Positions 45,048 through 57,835 are shown, numbered from the stretch's first letter. The stretch: 64,000 nucleotides of DNA from Haliotis rufescens (GCF_023055435.1 NW_025964372.1:7688001-7752000), one strand, 5' to 3'. A program made the numbers and translations. The notes: a model not told the origin generated them from the sequence alone.

Positions 45048-45162
45048 TATTTTGTAGTTTATGATAGTGTAATATTGCTACTGTTTCTTCATGGAATGTT
45101 ACGCAATACTTATCTCATCTTCAACATCTTTGTTGTATGATAGTTTGTTACAGTTCTGTACG

Positions 45163-45426
45163 GGGGCACGGTTGGCCAAAGTCGCCTTATACGCTGCAAT
45201 TCGCTATGCAGAGTGGTGTCCCTTGGGCACGCCAGAAACCTATGACAGTGTGTTCGAATCCCTGTTCGCCCCGATTATGTTGTCAGCACTCTACCCGTGC
45301 TCATGGGTTTCATGGGTCTAATACCTGCATCACTTCGGGCTTTCCTCCCACATCAAGCTGATACGCCGTGATATAACTGGAATTATAATATTCAAAGCGG
45401 CGTTAAACCCATCTCACTCACTCACT
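45163..45426 (+). mobile_element. SINE family C copy
   Basis: GTTCGAATCC B-box, GGCTTTCCTCCCAC, shared tail, (CACT)n. Confidence 0.75.
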
Positions 45427-46129
45427 TCTCTTGTGTACGGTTCCGTTTGGTTAGCTGGGTTTGTGTTGTGATTACCTCCGGCTTAAATTTAAAGTATGTG
45501 AATGTATCATGCAACCGAATTATTTTTCAGGAGAATAATTGCAAACTAAGGGCCAACATGTTGAATTGCAATGTATCCAGAAGCAAAGAACTTATACGGG
45601 TGTGTAATCTCTGCAGGAAGTTAAAACAGCTGTCAATACAATAAACCATGCAGAACCATTAACCGCCGGATGAAACGGTATGAATCATATTTTACATACA
45701 GTGAACTACTTGAAACTGTGCTCAAATCTGCACAGCAAGCACTATACATGTGATTGTGAAGACAACTTATTACAAATCTCTTATATCAAACCTGTTGTTT
45801 TACATGTGTTGTTTATTGAACAAAGTCATGCTTCATAGAAGCCTGGTATTTAATCGTGTTGAACAATAATTTGCAATAGCAGTGTGAAGGGAGAACGACT
45901 GATCGCGCGTTACATGCTTGACCTTAATTCCTCCCCGGAACCATTCTCGCTGGCGGCCTGAATAACATACGATACATTGCAAAGGTAGTGCGCAAAAGAG
46001 TTTTTTGGGTAAGGGAGATAATTACTCACTCTCAGTGATACAGCTTGAATAAGATACGATGTACAGCATTGCAAGGTCACGCGTGATTAAGCTGTATACT
46101 GCGCATACAGCTAAAGGAGATAATCGCTC

Positions 46130-46330
46130 AATGCGCAATAGGTCGATTTGTTAGTAAATTTATTGAACCTAATAAAGTCGATATATTTAATTTAATATCA
46201 TAGATACAAATATGAAATTTTGGAGTCCGATAGTCACATGTTGTCGTTGTACAAAGGCAGTGAAAATTGTTCATTGTCACGTCACATAAGGCCACAAGGG
46301 TACGCTGACCGCCCTTGGCAGCAATCACGC
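46130..46330 (-). mobile_element. Tc1 3'-end fragment
   Basis: Similar to 62590-62780; encodes VIAAKGG. Confidence 0.7.
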
Positions 46331-46332
46331 TC

Positions 46333-46535
46333 AATCACCAGCTGTCAATATACAAAACAGAATAATACATCAAGATGACAGTTTTCATATAAAGATTAAG
46401 TATTTCTAAGCAACTTAAAGATACATATATCTAGATATTGTACACATCTTTAAGTTGCTTAGAAATTCTTAATCGTTACATTGAAACTGCCATCTTGATG
46501 TATTATAATGTATTGTATATTGACAGCTTGTGATT
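46333..46535. repeat. ~200-bp inverted repeat (foldback)
   Basis: Arms AGCTGTCAATATACAA..CATCAAGATG..TTTCTAAGCAACTTAAAGAT and their reverse complements. Confidence 0.9.
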
Positions 46536-46963
46536 AATTGTTACCAGATGGCTGCAGCTGGGGTAGCAGACGACACACTTTCCAACAATGGGGAACAGGG
46601 TAAAAATATGAGTAGGCTGGTTATCATCGAGCATCGAGTTGCAGTTTGTACTCCAAGCTTGCAACACCTCTCCAGCCTTCCAAGCCTTCCAAGCCAGCAC
46701 AGCTTCGCCTGATAGTCAGCCCAAGGAGAACCCCACGGTAATTATAAACTCACACTTCCAACCTTTATCCCAATCACTACTCCACACAAATACCCAAGCC
46801 ACGTTCAAAACCTTCATCCTCAAAACAAACATCCTCTCTCTCTCTCTCTCAATAAACCTAAACACCCCACTTAAAGCAACAAAACACTTAAATCTAACAG
46901 CATCTCGGCTTGGACACTCGCCCTGTGCTGACGTGTCCTTCCAAATCGCAAACCCACGCTACG

Positions 46964-47654
46964 ATGAGAGACCTCGCCAAGTCACTCCCGAGAGAGCTAG
47001 TTGCCACCCTGGAGCCCCTGCTGGCTTACCGGGTTGGCGACTACTCTCTCAAGACGTCATACAAGTCGAAGACCTCAACCCTCTCCATCTCCTTTGACCT
47101 AGGTCAGAGGAAGAGGCCTCCGGGCATGGGAGGAAGAAGAGAAAGAGGAGAGACATCCCCTCACCTGAACCTTCCCCCCGACCACCCACCGCCACCAGAC
47201 TCACAGACCACGGAGCCCGCCCTAAACGACTCCAGCGTCCAAGACCATCGAACCAGAGCCCCCAACCCTCTGCGAAAGTCAGACCCAGACCACCCCGGTC
47301 GAGGTCCCCCCTAGGGTAAAGAGCTTCAGAGACGTCTTAGTGGAAAAATCAGATATCCTTATCAACCACTGTAAGACTCACCCGGACCTCCATGCTGCGC
47401 TCATCTCCACCCCCAAGGAGCAGCTCTACGCCATGCTAGGAGTCCATCTCGCCATGGTTCACAAGCGGTCGGGTCAGGCGTACGATATCACAAGCTTCAC
47501 GGACTTGTACCATTTCTTCCAAAGCAATGGCGTACCAACCTCCGACCACTTCATCGCAAATACCGCCGCCCTCCTTGCCAAGAGTCTCTATCAGAATCCC
47601 GACCCCCAGGAAGAGAAGTTGACCAAGAGACTCCTTCAAAGACGCCGCAGCTAG
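46964..47654 (+). pseudogene. Intronless orphan ORF (~230 aa if one frameshift near 47225 is repaired), probably mobile-element cargo or ORF1-like
   Basis: GC-rich island with overlapping open frames: MRDLAKSLPRELVATLEPLL... and ...CESQTQTTPVEVPPRVKSFRDVLVEKSDIL...LLQRRRS*. Confidence 0.5.
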
Positions 47655-47685
47655 ACTTCTAGCCATCACGCTTGCCAGCCACGAC

Positions 47686-48477
47686 GGTCCGGGCTGTCAA
47701 AATCAACTTTAAACACACAAATGTATCATCAAATGTGTTTACATCTATAGACTAGTATTATATCTACCTATATACCACTTTATAATGTCACAGTACATCG
47801 TATTTAAAGAAAACAAGGTGCTCAAAGTGAAGCCCTTTTCCCTCTACACTCTCAACATAGTCTCTATCAGAAGTATTTGGCTTGTGTTGGGTCCGACTTG
47901 GTCCGGGCTTTCAAAGTCAACTTTAAACACACAAATGTACCATCAAATGTGATTACATCTATAGACAAGTATTATGTCTACCTATATACCACTTTGTAGT
48001 GTCACAGATGACGGTATTTAAAGAAAACAAGGTGCTCAAAGTGAAGCCCTTTTCCCTCTACACTCTCAACATAGTCTCTATCAGAAGTGTTTGGCTTGTG
48101 TTGGGTCCGACTTGGCCCGGGCTGTCAAAATCAACTTAAACATCACATATGTAACATCAAATGTGATTACATCTATAGACAAGTATTATGTCTACCGATA
48201 TACCACTTTGCAGTGTCACAGATCACGGTTATTTAAAGAAAACAAGGTGCTCAAAGTGAAGCCCTTTTCCCTCTACATTCTCAACATAGTCTCTATCAGA
48301 AGTGTTTGGCTTGTGTTGGGTCCGACTTGGCCCGGGCTGTCAAAATCAACTTAAACATCACAGTTGTAACATCAAATGTGATTACATCTATAGACAAGTA
48401 TTATGTCTACCTAAATACCACTCTATAGTGTCTCAGATCGCGGTATTTAGAGAAAACAAGGAGCTCAAAGTGAAGCA
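47686..48477. repeat. ~214-bp tandem repeat, right block (~3.7 copies)
   Basis: Period of 214-215 (47892, 48106, 48321); same unit as 42722-43453. Confidence 0.93.
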
Positions 48478-48750
48478 TCTGTGTGTAATCGGTTTAATTG
48501 TACGGTATACATTGTAGACAGACAGACAATAACTTATTAGTGTCTCACTTCTGTACATACATACAACAGCTTTGTACAAATAAACACTGATAGAATGTAC
48601 AGAACCATTCAATAGAATTATGAGAGACTATTAACAGAATATCCCACTGCTAAGTATATGATAAATTGTTAAATTAACATTAGATAAGGTTGAGAATTAA
48701 TTGTGTTTTTTTTCAATACATCTTAGACTGGTTAGTCGTCTGCTCAATGA

Positions 48751-50330
48751 TACTTACTTACTTATATTGGAGATTTAACGTGCGCTTTCCGACTGCAAGC
48801 GTATGTCGCACACGGGCCCGGCCAGGCCATTTAATGTGTTTCCGAAAAGGGGAAAAGTGAGTTTGTGCAACCCAAGAGGGGGGCTTTAGGGGTTGCTTAT
48901 ATAGTAATTTTGAAATTTTGAGATTTGGAATGAATGCCAAGAGTGGGTGGAGGACGAACTAAGGGAGCCGTGTGTGTTGGGTGGTTGTTAGATTAGGTAG
49001 TTTTGGTTTTAATATTTTACTTGGGGTTTAAATGCGACTAATTAGTCCTGTTTTAATTAGGTATATGCCTAAGGCTTTGAATTTTTCTAAATTATTTTGT
49101 GGGTTTAGGATTGATTCTAGTCTAAGTGCGGTTTTAAGATTTAGGGTAGTCTGTAGTGTTGTTCGGTGTGTTTGGTTGTGTGTGCAGTGAATGAGTACGT
49201 GTTCTGGTGTTTCTTGTTGTTTGCAATGTGGGCAGTTTCCTGTTGTGTGTAGATTAGCTATTTTACGGTGATTATTTAGTTTGGTGTGGCCTGTTTGTAG
49301 TTTAGTAATAATTCTGTCGATTTTTTTGGATGGGTGTAGTATTTTTGGTTTACCTAGGTTTTTTTTAGTTTTTTCCTGATTGGCTATTTGAGTTTTGGTA
49401 TATATTTTGCCATTTTTTGTTGATTTTTTGTTTCGTGACACTTTTGATTTCTGATTTTGAGCTGGGTAAGTTTATTTCTGGGAGTTTAAGGGATAATTTT
49501 GCTGCTTTATCTGCGTTTTCATTTCCAAAGATTCCAACGTGGGCGGGGATCCAAATGAACTCTATTTGTTTACCTGCCTTAGTTAAGTTGTTTGAGCTTT
49601 TGAGTATTTGATTTATTAGTTTGGGGCGGTGTTTAATGTTTTTATTTTTGAGGGCTTGTAGTCCACTGAGGGAGTCGGTTAGGATGAGGATTTTTTGGTG
49701 TTTTTTTAGGTTGCTGATTGTGTAGTGCTGAGGCCATGCCCATGAGTTCGGCCGTGAATATGGATTGGTTGTTTGGGAGTCGGTAAGATTGGGTGTTTTT
49801 GGTTGGTTGAGCGATGTGGACTACGAAACCTGTGTGTTTTGAGATCGGATCTGAGGAACCGTCTGTGTATATGTGACACCAATTTGGCTAATTTTCGTGT
49901 ATGTATGCTAGTGTGGTGGTTTTAGCGATGTTAGGATCGGTCTGTTTATTTAGTGTATCGGCTAGTGTTGTGTCTATTTTTGATATTTTAAGTTTTGGAC
50001 TGAAGATATTGGATGATTTATTGTTTTGTTTAAGATTATTTATTTTGTGTTCATTTAGGTAATTGGTTATTCTTAGGGAAATTGGAGCAAGTAGTGGATT
50101 TTTCCGGGTTAGGGCTTGGTGTCTAGGGCTAATATTGGTTATTAAGTTTTCGATAAGAGAGTTTGATTGGGACGCGGCCCAGAAGTTTAGGGTAAGTTGT
50201 TCCCTACGTAGTTTAAGTGGCATTTCTCCTGTTAAGGCCTGGGGTGAGGTGGAGGAGGTGCCATGTTGAGTTCCTGATACTGGATTGAGTCTAGTTTTTT
50301 AATGAGAGAGTTGTTTAGGGTGTCGTAAAT
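48751..50330 (-). mobile_element. 5'-truncated non-LTR retrotransposon of the I/Nimb/Ingi group (RNase H + CCHC), frameshifted
   Basis: MPLKLRR, HIYTDGS, AELM, LTDSLS, WIPAHVGIFGNENADKAAK, KLQTGH, CPHCKQQETPEHVLIHC; 3' stem-loop and (TAAG)n tail. Confidence 0.9.
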
Positions 50331-50561
50331 GGCACGAGGACTCACGGTATGTAGTCATAATTATGAGTTTATTACATTGTTGAAGATGCATTTTGATTCA
50401 AACTCAATTAAATAAGCAAAACTATACGTTTGTGGACATTTGCAATCTGCCTAGATATGCACGTTTCGTTTTATTATTCTGCAATCCACTTTTAGTATTA
50501 CCCGCTGGCCCGGCCCGGCCCGACTTTTCTTGGCCTGACTTTTAGGCAATCCCGTCACCGG

Positions 50562-50651
50562 GTGAGTGAGTATGGTTCTACGTCGCTGTTAGCAATACTC
50601 CAGCAATATCACGGCGGGGGACACCAAAATGGGCTTCACGCATTGTACCCA
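50562..50651 (-). mobile_element. SINE family A, 3' half
   Basis: Reverse complement of 8255-8345. Confidence 0.85.
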
Positions 50652-51032
50652 GTATAAGTAGTTCTCTGGCAGGATAACGTAGACACGCAACACGTTGTAA
50701 ATACAGATGAGTGAGAGAGTTGGCTGGGTTTTTCTCAGTTATAATACCGTCAGCCGAGGTAGGGGGAATTTCTTCCAAGTGATACACAGAGATAATCTGG
50801 GTACAAACCGGCGGGTTCTGGAAAGACAAAGGGACGCAACTCTTTACAGCGAAATGCGGTTCTTCAGATGACTGGGCAGTCCACGCTACCTGTATTCATG
50901 AATAAAACGACGTAATTTTAGGCAATACTTTTATACACATATTTTACTATTAAGTCATTGAGTATTTGGTCTTACTTTTCGAACCTGCACATAATCCTAC
51001 TTGTCATGTCTCCATGTTAGAATGAGCAGATC

Positions 51033-51494
51033 CATCTTCCCGAGGCAAGGGAGTTAACTGACTGTAAAAGAACAGTTTCCACCCTGGCCGAACTAGGCTG
51101 GAATTTCTTGGCTCGATCTTAGCGCCACCAGTGGCTATCATAAGTTGTTACCCTCCTATTAACCAATCAGATTCCATCTCTCATGTCACTTGCATTTGCT
51201 TCAAACAAACATGGCGGTGCCCAGTCAAGACGATCTGATCGATGATCAAGATATAAATAGTAATAAAACATACCTTAACCTCGCAAAGTGCATCTAATCG
51301 CGTGAGCACCTTGATTAAAAACTTTAAAATATTTAGAAAATATCTTTTGACGCTCAGTTGACAGTACACATCTTATGCAAATCTTGCAGTCGACCGAAAT
51401 CTGCACGTTGAAATCCATGTTGTTTACGATCCGGATCTCGATTTCGTTCCGCGAATTTGATTGGACTATGCATAGACTCGGAGTCCAGCCAAAA
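51033..51494. mobile_element. Second copy of the 16669 MULE-like element, lacking the right TIR
   Basis: Colinear with 16669-17113. Confidence 0.85.
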
Positions 51495-52362
51495 ACTAAG
51501 GGCGGAAACTTATCTCTGGATGAGATCTGATTGGTTCACGTGATCATGATAAAATACTTTATCATACCTCCATGTCAGAATAATGAGATCTGATTGCTTG
51601 ACGTGATCTTGATAAAATAATATGTATCACGACATGGGGGAAAATAAATTTCTGAGGCGGCGAGTAAACCCCCTATACCCCACCACGAAGAAGACAGGCA
51701 GAACGTGGATTTCTGAGCAGGAGACTAAATCCCCAATACCCCGCTTTGAAGCAGAAAGCCTCACGCTTTTTCCGAGTTAATGAAAGTCAAGTGACAAAGC
51801 ACACGTTAACCTCATGCCCATTGCTATCGCAACCACGCACGCACGGAAAAGTGTATAGCTGCACGTGCATGACGAAGTGTTGTAATACAATACTTCGTGA
51901 AACCATTGTCCGTGAATGATTTTAAACCTAGAATTTGTTGTGAATTTTTTTTCATATGGAAATGCATGTTTCTCATATGCGCAAACACGAATCTGTCATA
52001 AGAGAAGATTAACCCTAAACTGAAAAAAACTCATTATCAAAGGTGACATTTTGGCGGAATGTATTTGCAGATGCAATAATCACTCCAAGGTTTCTGTCAT
52101 CTCAGAAACACTGTTGATCCCAGTTCAGTATGACCTAATCAACGTTCCATAAGGCGTTCTACCAACATCAACTGAACTAGACCGTGCTTGATCGCATGTC
52201 CGTGCAGCATACCTTATCTCTGAAATATACAACAATGTCACTTGACGTCAGGATAAATCACTTTATGAGGCTGTTGCATGCGAGAAACATTACCCTGTAA
52301 ACAATGCACTCTGACCCCAACTGAAATCCTACCACCAAAGCCAACCTACTCAGTAAAGCGAC

Positions 52363-52579
52363 TTTCAACAGTGATGCTACGGGTTCACACTATTTCAACA
52401 GTGATGCTACGGGTTCACACTATTTCAACAGTGATGCTACGTGTTCACACTATTTCAACAGTGATGCTACGGGTTCACACTATTTCAACAGTGATGCTAC
52501 GGGTTCACACTATTTCAACAGTGATGCTACGGGTTCACACTATTTCAACAGTGATGCTACGGGTTCACACTATTTCAAC
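52363..52579. repeat. 30-bp minisatellite, 7 copies
   Basis: TTTCAACAGTGATGCTACGGGTTCACACTA. Confidence 0.96.
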
Positions 52580-52857
52580 GGGTGTTCGTCAAAGTAATTT
52601 TCATACATTTTGTTGTAAATTCATTTGCACGCTAGTGCAAAATACCCTGGCAATGACATATATGTATATATGAATGTGATGTTTACACTGCAGTAAGACC
52701 TTTCAGTGTTATGTTTGTTTGTTGTTTAACGCCTGTTCATTGTGTCTGGGCAATACAAACCAGTGATTGATAATATGAACAACGCTCCATGCCTTCGCGG
52801 TAAACTGACATTCAATCAACCAAGTCACCAAGCCTAACCATCCATCCCATTTAGGCT

Positions 52858-53097
52858 TCGTGAAGATCAGGGTTAGAATGGATCTTCAGCAACCCATACT
52901 TGCCGTAAGAGGCGGCTAACGGGATCGGGTGGTCAGGCTCACTGATTCGGTTGATGCATGTCATCGTATCCCATTTGCGTAGATCGATGCTATTAATCAC
53001 TGGAATATCTGGTCCAGACTCGATTATTTACACTTCGCCGTCATATAGCTGGAATATTGCTGAGTGCGGCGTTAAACAACAATCAAACAAACAAATC
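52858..53097 (+). mobile_element. SINE-like family B copy (adjacent inverted relic at 52712-52855)
   Basis: Family B body and tail. Confidence 0.86.
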
Positions 53098-53905
53098 AAG
53101 CCTGACAATCCATTCCATTTACGTTCCACAAAGTGATCGCAGCGCTACCACGAGCGTTAAGGAGTGGTATAGATGATGGGGTGACGGGGGCACCCCACCT
53201 GGTCCAGCCCCTGGAAATGCTTCCATGAAGGTCTTAAGTTATGAGAAAGTAATCGAAGTAACGAGAAAACCATAATTACTCACTCACTTTACAATTACAC
53301 AGATTAGTGAGCCACGTGATAGTGTATCACCAGATAGATCCATGCATGGACGTGGAGAACGAGACACGCTCGCTTCCGGTCTGCAGCTGGGTGAGCAGAC
53401 GACTGATTTCTCGGGAAATCCAACACATGCGGTAAACACGAGACACTGCCGACAGCTAAACAATGTCTAAGTATTTTACACACATATTCTATGGCCCAGT
53501 GTGTTATAAATATTACGTTACGAAAAAATATGTAATTAATTCGGTGATATGCATTGCACAGCATGTTAAGGCTTGACAAATATTCTGTGATTTCGATCAC
53601 TCGCAACCTGGACAACTGGTAGGGCATATGACGTGTTGATTTACATGAGCCTCACCCATGGTGGGCGTGTGACGTGAGTTTACCCTCGCGCTGCAGTCAA
53701 ACATGACTTGAGTAATATAAGCGTCGGGACAGAACAGAAACAAGTGAAAATCTTCATTCCTTATATAATACACTGAAACCTCAGTTGAAGGTCAGTACTT
53801 CATGAAGATATACTACTCAACATTTGCTAAGGGCCATTGCCAACTTTCGTCAAAGGTGTGGTTCTTAGTAACTGTTGAGTAGAATGTGTGAAACCAACTT
53901 CTATA

Positions 53906-54137
53906 TGTTTGTTTGTTTGCTTTTTGTTTAACGCCCCACTCAGCAATATTCCAGCTATATGACGGCGGTAGGCATCATGAGCATTGATATAGGCAATTGG
54001 GATCGATGACATGCATCTACAAAGTCAGCGAGCCTGACCACCCGATCTCGTTAGTCGCCTCTTACGATAAGCATAGCCGCCTTTTACGGCAAGCATGGGT
54101 TGCTGAAGACCTTTTCTCTACACGGATCTTCACTGGG
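53906..54137 (-). mobile_element. SINE-like family B copy
   Basis: Family B with an internal deletion. Confidence 0.85.
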
Positions 54138-54627
54138 ATAAAACAATTTAAAAGAGATGTATACGAAGCGTGACATACATGAATAACGGTGTTATGTGTA
54201 GCTGCTAAAAAAAGAGTTACTGAACAATTTACATGCTGTGAAATGTGCAGTTATGTGCAGGCTGCGACATTTGGTGCAGCTGTTTGACAGGTGAGCTGCA
54301 CAGAAAGTGACATCGGATGATATACGCCAGGATGTCAGTCTGCCTTGATATACAGTGAGTAGGCCCTGATTATCATCGTTATTGCCAGCAGCAGCAGTGT
54401 GATTTATAAACACTGATATTGTTTTAATGTTTAAATATTGATACAGAGTTGTCCTTTGCTACAGTCTTGCGGGGAAGCCTAGTGGTAAAGTGTTCGTTGA
54501 TCAAGCCGCAGTTCACACATAGGTACAAATAGCGAAACCCATTTCTAGTGACCTTCACATTAATATGGCTTAAGTACAGACTGTTCAGTTCCGTTGCGTT
54601 TTTAAGTTTTGGCTGCACTAAGAAGTT

Positions 54628-54832
54628 TTCTAGCTATATGACGGCTTTCTGTAAATAATCGAGTCTGGACCAGACAATTCAGTGGTTTGACATCATGAAC
54701 ATCGATCCACGCAATTGGGATACGATGACATGCATCAACCAAGTCAGCGAGCCTGACCACCCGATCCCGTTAGTCGCCTCTTACGACAAGCAAAGTCGTA
54801 TTTTACGACAAGCATGGGTTGCTGAAGACCTA
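54628..54832 (-). mobile_element. SINE-like family B copy
   Basis: Family B body. Confidence 0.85.
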
Positions 54833-54836
54833 TATA

Positions 54837-55850
54837 TCAGTAGTGCGCAATGCCGCCACGATTTGTCAAACATTCTTTCACTTGACGAGGCATACTGCGT
54901 ATGAGTCTCCCTGTGGCAACTTGAGGGTGTCCGCCCCACTCCTTTTGCATCGCCTGGCCAAGGTCAGCCAACGTGGTCGGCGGCCTATGACGTTGACACA
55001 CGCATCGTCCTATCATGTCCCAGACATGTTTAACGGGGAAAAGGTCTTGGCTCATTGCTGGCCATGACATTCTATGGACGTTGTGCTGCTGGAGGTGAGC
55101 GTTGGCGATTCGTGCACAGTGAGGACAGGCGTTGTCGTGCTGAAAGGACGAAACCTCGACAAACACGCCTTGCAAACGGGACAACAAAGGATATTAGTAT
55201 GTTGTCCTGATAGTCCAATGACCCTTCTTACACAATATGGAGTTGGAGTCGCATAGTCATAGTGATGCCGCCCCACACCACATCCGATGAACCACCAAAT
55301 ATGTCAAGAAGTCTCAGGGTGACATTGACTTGACGTTCATGTCGACGTAGCTAGCCACGGCCGCTCCTGTCGAGGAAGTGAATCGAGACTCATCTGAAAT
55401 CATGACACAGGACCAGCGACGATTACCCCCGTCTCGACGTTGTGTACGCCATTAACGTCTGTTGGCGTTATGACGATTTGTAAGGGGCGGCACAACACGT
55501 GGCCGTCGAGCATGGAGTTGAGCTGCATGTCGACGATTTCTAATCGTCTGACCCGTAACTCGTAATCCACGTTTGCAGCAATTTAATTCGCCGTTTGAGC
55601 TCGATATCGTAGAGCCTGGCTTCGGATCAATTGATCCTGTAGTCTTGTTGACCTGGGACGCCCTAGAACTGGGCAAACATTTTGTGTCTGTGTACTTGTT
55701 CCATAGTCTGCTAATCACAAACTGAAACATTGAACGTAGTGGCCACTGCACGCTGCCTTTGTGAGGTCCCAGCGCGCCAGTGTGCCTTTGACGCCGTCCT
55801 TGTTCACACACAACAATGAATGGAACCAGGTAAACCACAGCTGTGTGATA
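54837..55850 (-). mobile_element. Degenerate Tc1-like transposase relic
   Basis: QTIRNR-HAAQLHARRP, ISDESRF, VWGGI, FQHDNACPH, WPAMSQDL-PVKHVWD; multiple frameshifts, TIRs not found. Confidence 0.85.
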
Positions 55851-55983
55851 AGCAGAATCAATAAGATTGACAGAAATATTGGTCCACAGAGATTAATCGA
55901 CCTTCCTCTAAAGTGTCTAAATCAGGAATGACACCCAACGCACGACTCAGATGTGTGTTGGTTTTACACACATAAACGTTATA

Positions 55984-56158
55984 CAGTAAACTACGGTTAT
56001 AACGAACACGCTTATAACGAACTGACGGATATAACGAACTTACCTTTTAGTCCCGACTATTTGCTGTAGTTATGCTGTATATATGCTTATAACGAACTAC
56101 GGTTATAACGAACTAAATATGGTAGTCCCTTTAAGTTCGTTATAACCATAGTTTACTG
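55984..56158. mobile_element. Tigger/pogo-type MITE, 175 bp
   Basis: TIR CAGTAAACTACGGTTATAACGAAC, TA TSD, internal TATAACGAA repeats; second copy at 61989. Confidence 0.9.
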
Positions 56159-56582
56159 TACATACATAAAACGTTCATGCATAGGATGTTTGTCGTCAAC
56201 ACTTATCTTTGATCTAACACTTGGTGTTAAGATTTATAGTTCATGATCCCCTACATTCTTGGAATAGTATATAATATAGATCTAATAGAATAGGCACCTT
56301 GTCGATTATGTTTAGCCAGATGACATGCTGTTTGAAACTCATTTAGTCCATGAATGAATATTCCATTGCGACTGATTAAAGAAAACGATTCAAGTTTATT
56401 CTTCAGTGCTGTGTGAAAAATACATATGTATAAGGTCGGTTTACAATCAAGGCTGGATGACTGGCATAACATTCCTTCCCAAATTATCGATTTTGTTCTC
56501 AGGGAGCTTTGCATACGCCACGTCGCAGTTGCGGGAAATCATGTATGTATGTGCCTGCGTGTGTGTTTGTATGTGTGGGTAT

Positions 56583-56785
56583 TGCTTGTCGTAAGAGGCG
56601 ACTAACGGGATCGGGTGGTCAGGTTCGCTGACTTGGTTGATGCATGTCATTGTACCCAAATTGCGTGGATCGATGCTCATGATATCAATCATTGGATTGT
56701 CTAGTCCAGACTCGATTGTTTACAGACCGCCGTCATATAGCTGGAATATTGCTGAGTGCGGCGTAAAACAACAAACAAACAAACA
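56583..56785 (+). mobile_element. SINE-like family B, 5'-truncated
   Basis: Family B body and tail. Confidence 0.87.
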
Positions 56786-57835
56786 ATCTCTCGTCTAGCG
56801 AAAGGATGTTTCTTCAATGAGTTGATGCAATCTCTCTGTTTGTTTAACCTGTGGCCAAACCAACATAATGCCCACATTTCATGTCCGGATAGATACTATC
56901 CCTTTTGCTAGATCCGAGATCCTACACAGAGACAGATAAGTTTAATGGATATCAGAAGGAAATCCTGAAAATAAAACAATGAACCAAACAATACATGCAA
57001 ACAGGATATTTACAAAGTTCTATTTTTATTTCCTTTGTGTCAGTTTCAAGGATGAAATAAAGCTACTAGAATTTGTTCTTGACTAAGACAGTGTTATCCC
57101 AAATACAAATTGTGTTACATAAGGATGAAGAAGACATCGGTGATTTTCAACTCGCCAACTTTCTTGAAGACTTGTTTTAATTTAAGATGCTCAGAAGGCA
57201 TCCATATGTAACATTTTTCTATGTTAAATGAAATCAGTATCTCTACATATATTTAATCAACTGGCACAGTGTCTACAGTCATTTAACTTGTCCTTGTGAT
57301 TTGTTCACGAGCCCATTTGGCCATTTGTCGCATTGCCGCGCTTTGAATTATATAATTCAATATTTTTCCAATGGGCGACAATGCGACAACGCGACATATT
57401 TTGACCTTTAAAAAATGTCGCATTGCCGTGCTGTCGTGCTGTCGTGCTGTCGCGCTTTGGTTAATTTGGACACATTTTACTTGTTTTTGTAAGGGTGACA
57501 ATACAACCGGGCGAAAATGTCCCTCATGGGATTCCATACAGTACTGTGTGTGGAAAGTTGGTGTGATGCATAAATTGGTGTCGCACATGCATATATTTGC
57601 ACTGACAAATCTTTGTAAAGAATATCCTTATTCTTTCTTCACAAAAAAGTTCTTACTTGAATGATGACCAGTTTTAATACACTATCGATCAGATGCCGGT
57701 ATGTTTATGCTCTGTGGGCATTTGTTTCTCATACTCCTTTCTGTTACTGATGTTTGTCTGTCAAAAGAAACAACCAAATACATGCCTGGATTTCTGCGTC
57801 AATGGAATTAACAAGCTTCGGGAGACAAGCGTTAC

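Larger units (their letters stand above)
42413..50553. mobile_element. 8.1-kb composite TIR DNA transposon (Merlin-like ends), no cognate transposase seen
   Basis: TIR GGGATTGCCTAAAAGTC(G/A)GGCC plus (GGGCC)n at both ends; 8-bp TSD GTCACCGG at 42405-42412 and 50554-50561. Confidence 0.85.

Noticed and set aside
46964-50330. Orphan ORF and RNase H fragment as ORF1/ORF2 of one LINE with a 5' inversion
   Set aside because: They are tail-to-tail and separated by the 214-bp array, which does not fit twin-priming geometry.
57305-57540. Segment with TGTCGC/GCGACA inverted motifs as a MITE
   Set aside because: It is likely a transposon relic, but I could not define TIR ends or a TSD.
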